Assembly: GCA_045538935.1 (NCBI GenBank)
Contig: JAZQEI010000004.1
Location: 4,479 to 68,478, forward strand
Length of the DNA: 64,000 nt
Direction: 5' to 3'
From: Acutalibacteraceae bacterium
Lineage (GTDB): Bacteria > Bacillota > Clostridia > Oscillospirales > Acutalibacteraceae
A model generated the notes under the pieces. That model made no database searches, was not told the origin of the DNA, and saw only the letters and a program-made list of their open reading frames with translations. The position numbers and the translations under genes were made by a program. This document shows, one piece after another, positions 63,699-64,000 of the stretch (the stretch's first letter is position 1; each line of letters starts with the position of its first letter).

Positions 63699-64000
63699 AT
63701 GAAAAAACGCTTACTGTCAGTTTTCCTTGTTGTATGTTTGATTTTAACGTCTGTTTATACGGGCGTTATAACTGCATTTGCAACCACAGGGGAAATAGAA
63801 AAATTTTACAGCCCCACAATTGAAACTAATACGGGCGATATGAACATTATCCCGTATAACAACTCGGGCTTTACCGTTGATTTAGCGGCAGCGTTTTGCG
63901 CTAACCAAATGCTTATAGATATGAATCACGACGGTATACTCGACCTTGTTATAGGTACAGGTTCGTCGTCTTACGATGGTCACTATGTTTTTTACGGCAA
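63699..64000 (+). CDS. secreted protein, N-terminal part (FG-GAP/VCBS-like repeat), runs off the window
   Basis: ATG 63699 after AAGGAGG. Signal peptide MKKRLLSVFLVVCLILTSVYTGVITAFA. DMNHDGILDLVIG resembles an FG-GAP/VCBS calcium-binding repeat. Confidence 0.6.
   Translation, partial: MKKRLLSVFLVVCLILTSVYTGVITAFATTGEIEKFYSPTIETNTGDMNIIPYNNSGFTVDLAAAFCANQMLIDMNHDGILDLVIGTGSSSYDGHYVFYG

Overview
This is a 64-kb chromosomal segment that looks like a low-GC Gram-positive anaerobe. The gene content is Clostridia-like: pyruvate:ferredoxin oxidoreductase, QueH, a TIGR01212 radical SAM protein, DUF3048, AGGAGG-type ribosome-binding sites and many strong hairpin terminators. I count about 56 protein-coding genes. 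By eye I found no rRNA, tRNA, CRISPR array, integrase or transposase.

Gene content from left to right:
- 1-12 kb: small housekeeping and transport genes, namely an isochorismatase-type hydrolase, an XRE switch, an NPP-type phosphodiesterase, an ArsB/NhaD-type permease, YgjV, a Cof-type HAD, DUF3048, an SGNH hydrolase, an SNF symporter, SulP, GtrA and CysK.
- 12-27 kb: an AraC-linked amino-sugar gene cluster.
- 27-41 kb: an NhaC-type transporter, hydrolases, PutP, an XRE plus orphan lipoprotein module, QueH, a CNNM/TlyC protein and PFOR.
- 41-42 kb: an A+T-rich orphan gene bracketed by a repeated hairpin element.
- 42-51 kb: GH13 and GlgP, a pair of M16 peptidases, Lgt and FolD.
- 51-64 kb: a cell-envelope glycosylation region with two large polytopic GT-C-like membrane proteins, three glycosyltransferases and a second AraC regulator.

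The most unusual items:
1. The 15-gene amino-sugar locus combines NagA, NagB and GH20 with two DegT-type aminotransferases, three Gfo/Idh/MocA dehydrogenases, duplicated PF04909 amidohydrolases and an M55 peptidase. A conserved 22-bp motif sits in front of both of its transcription units.
2. A repeated 22-mer hairpin element flanks an A+T-rich orphan membrane protein.
3. Near-identical terminator hairpins bracket the XRE/lipoprotein module.
4. The NhaC-type transporter has a leader with a terminator-like hairpin.

All functional calls come from motif recognition by eye. No database search was run.
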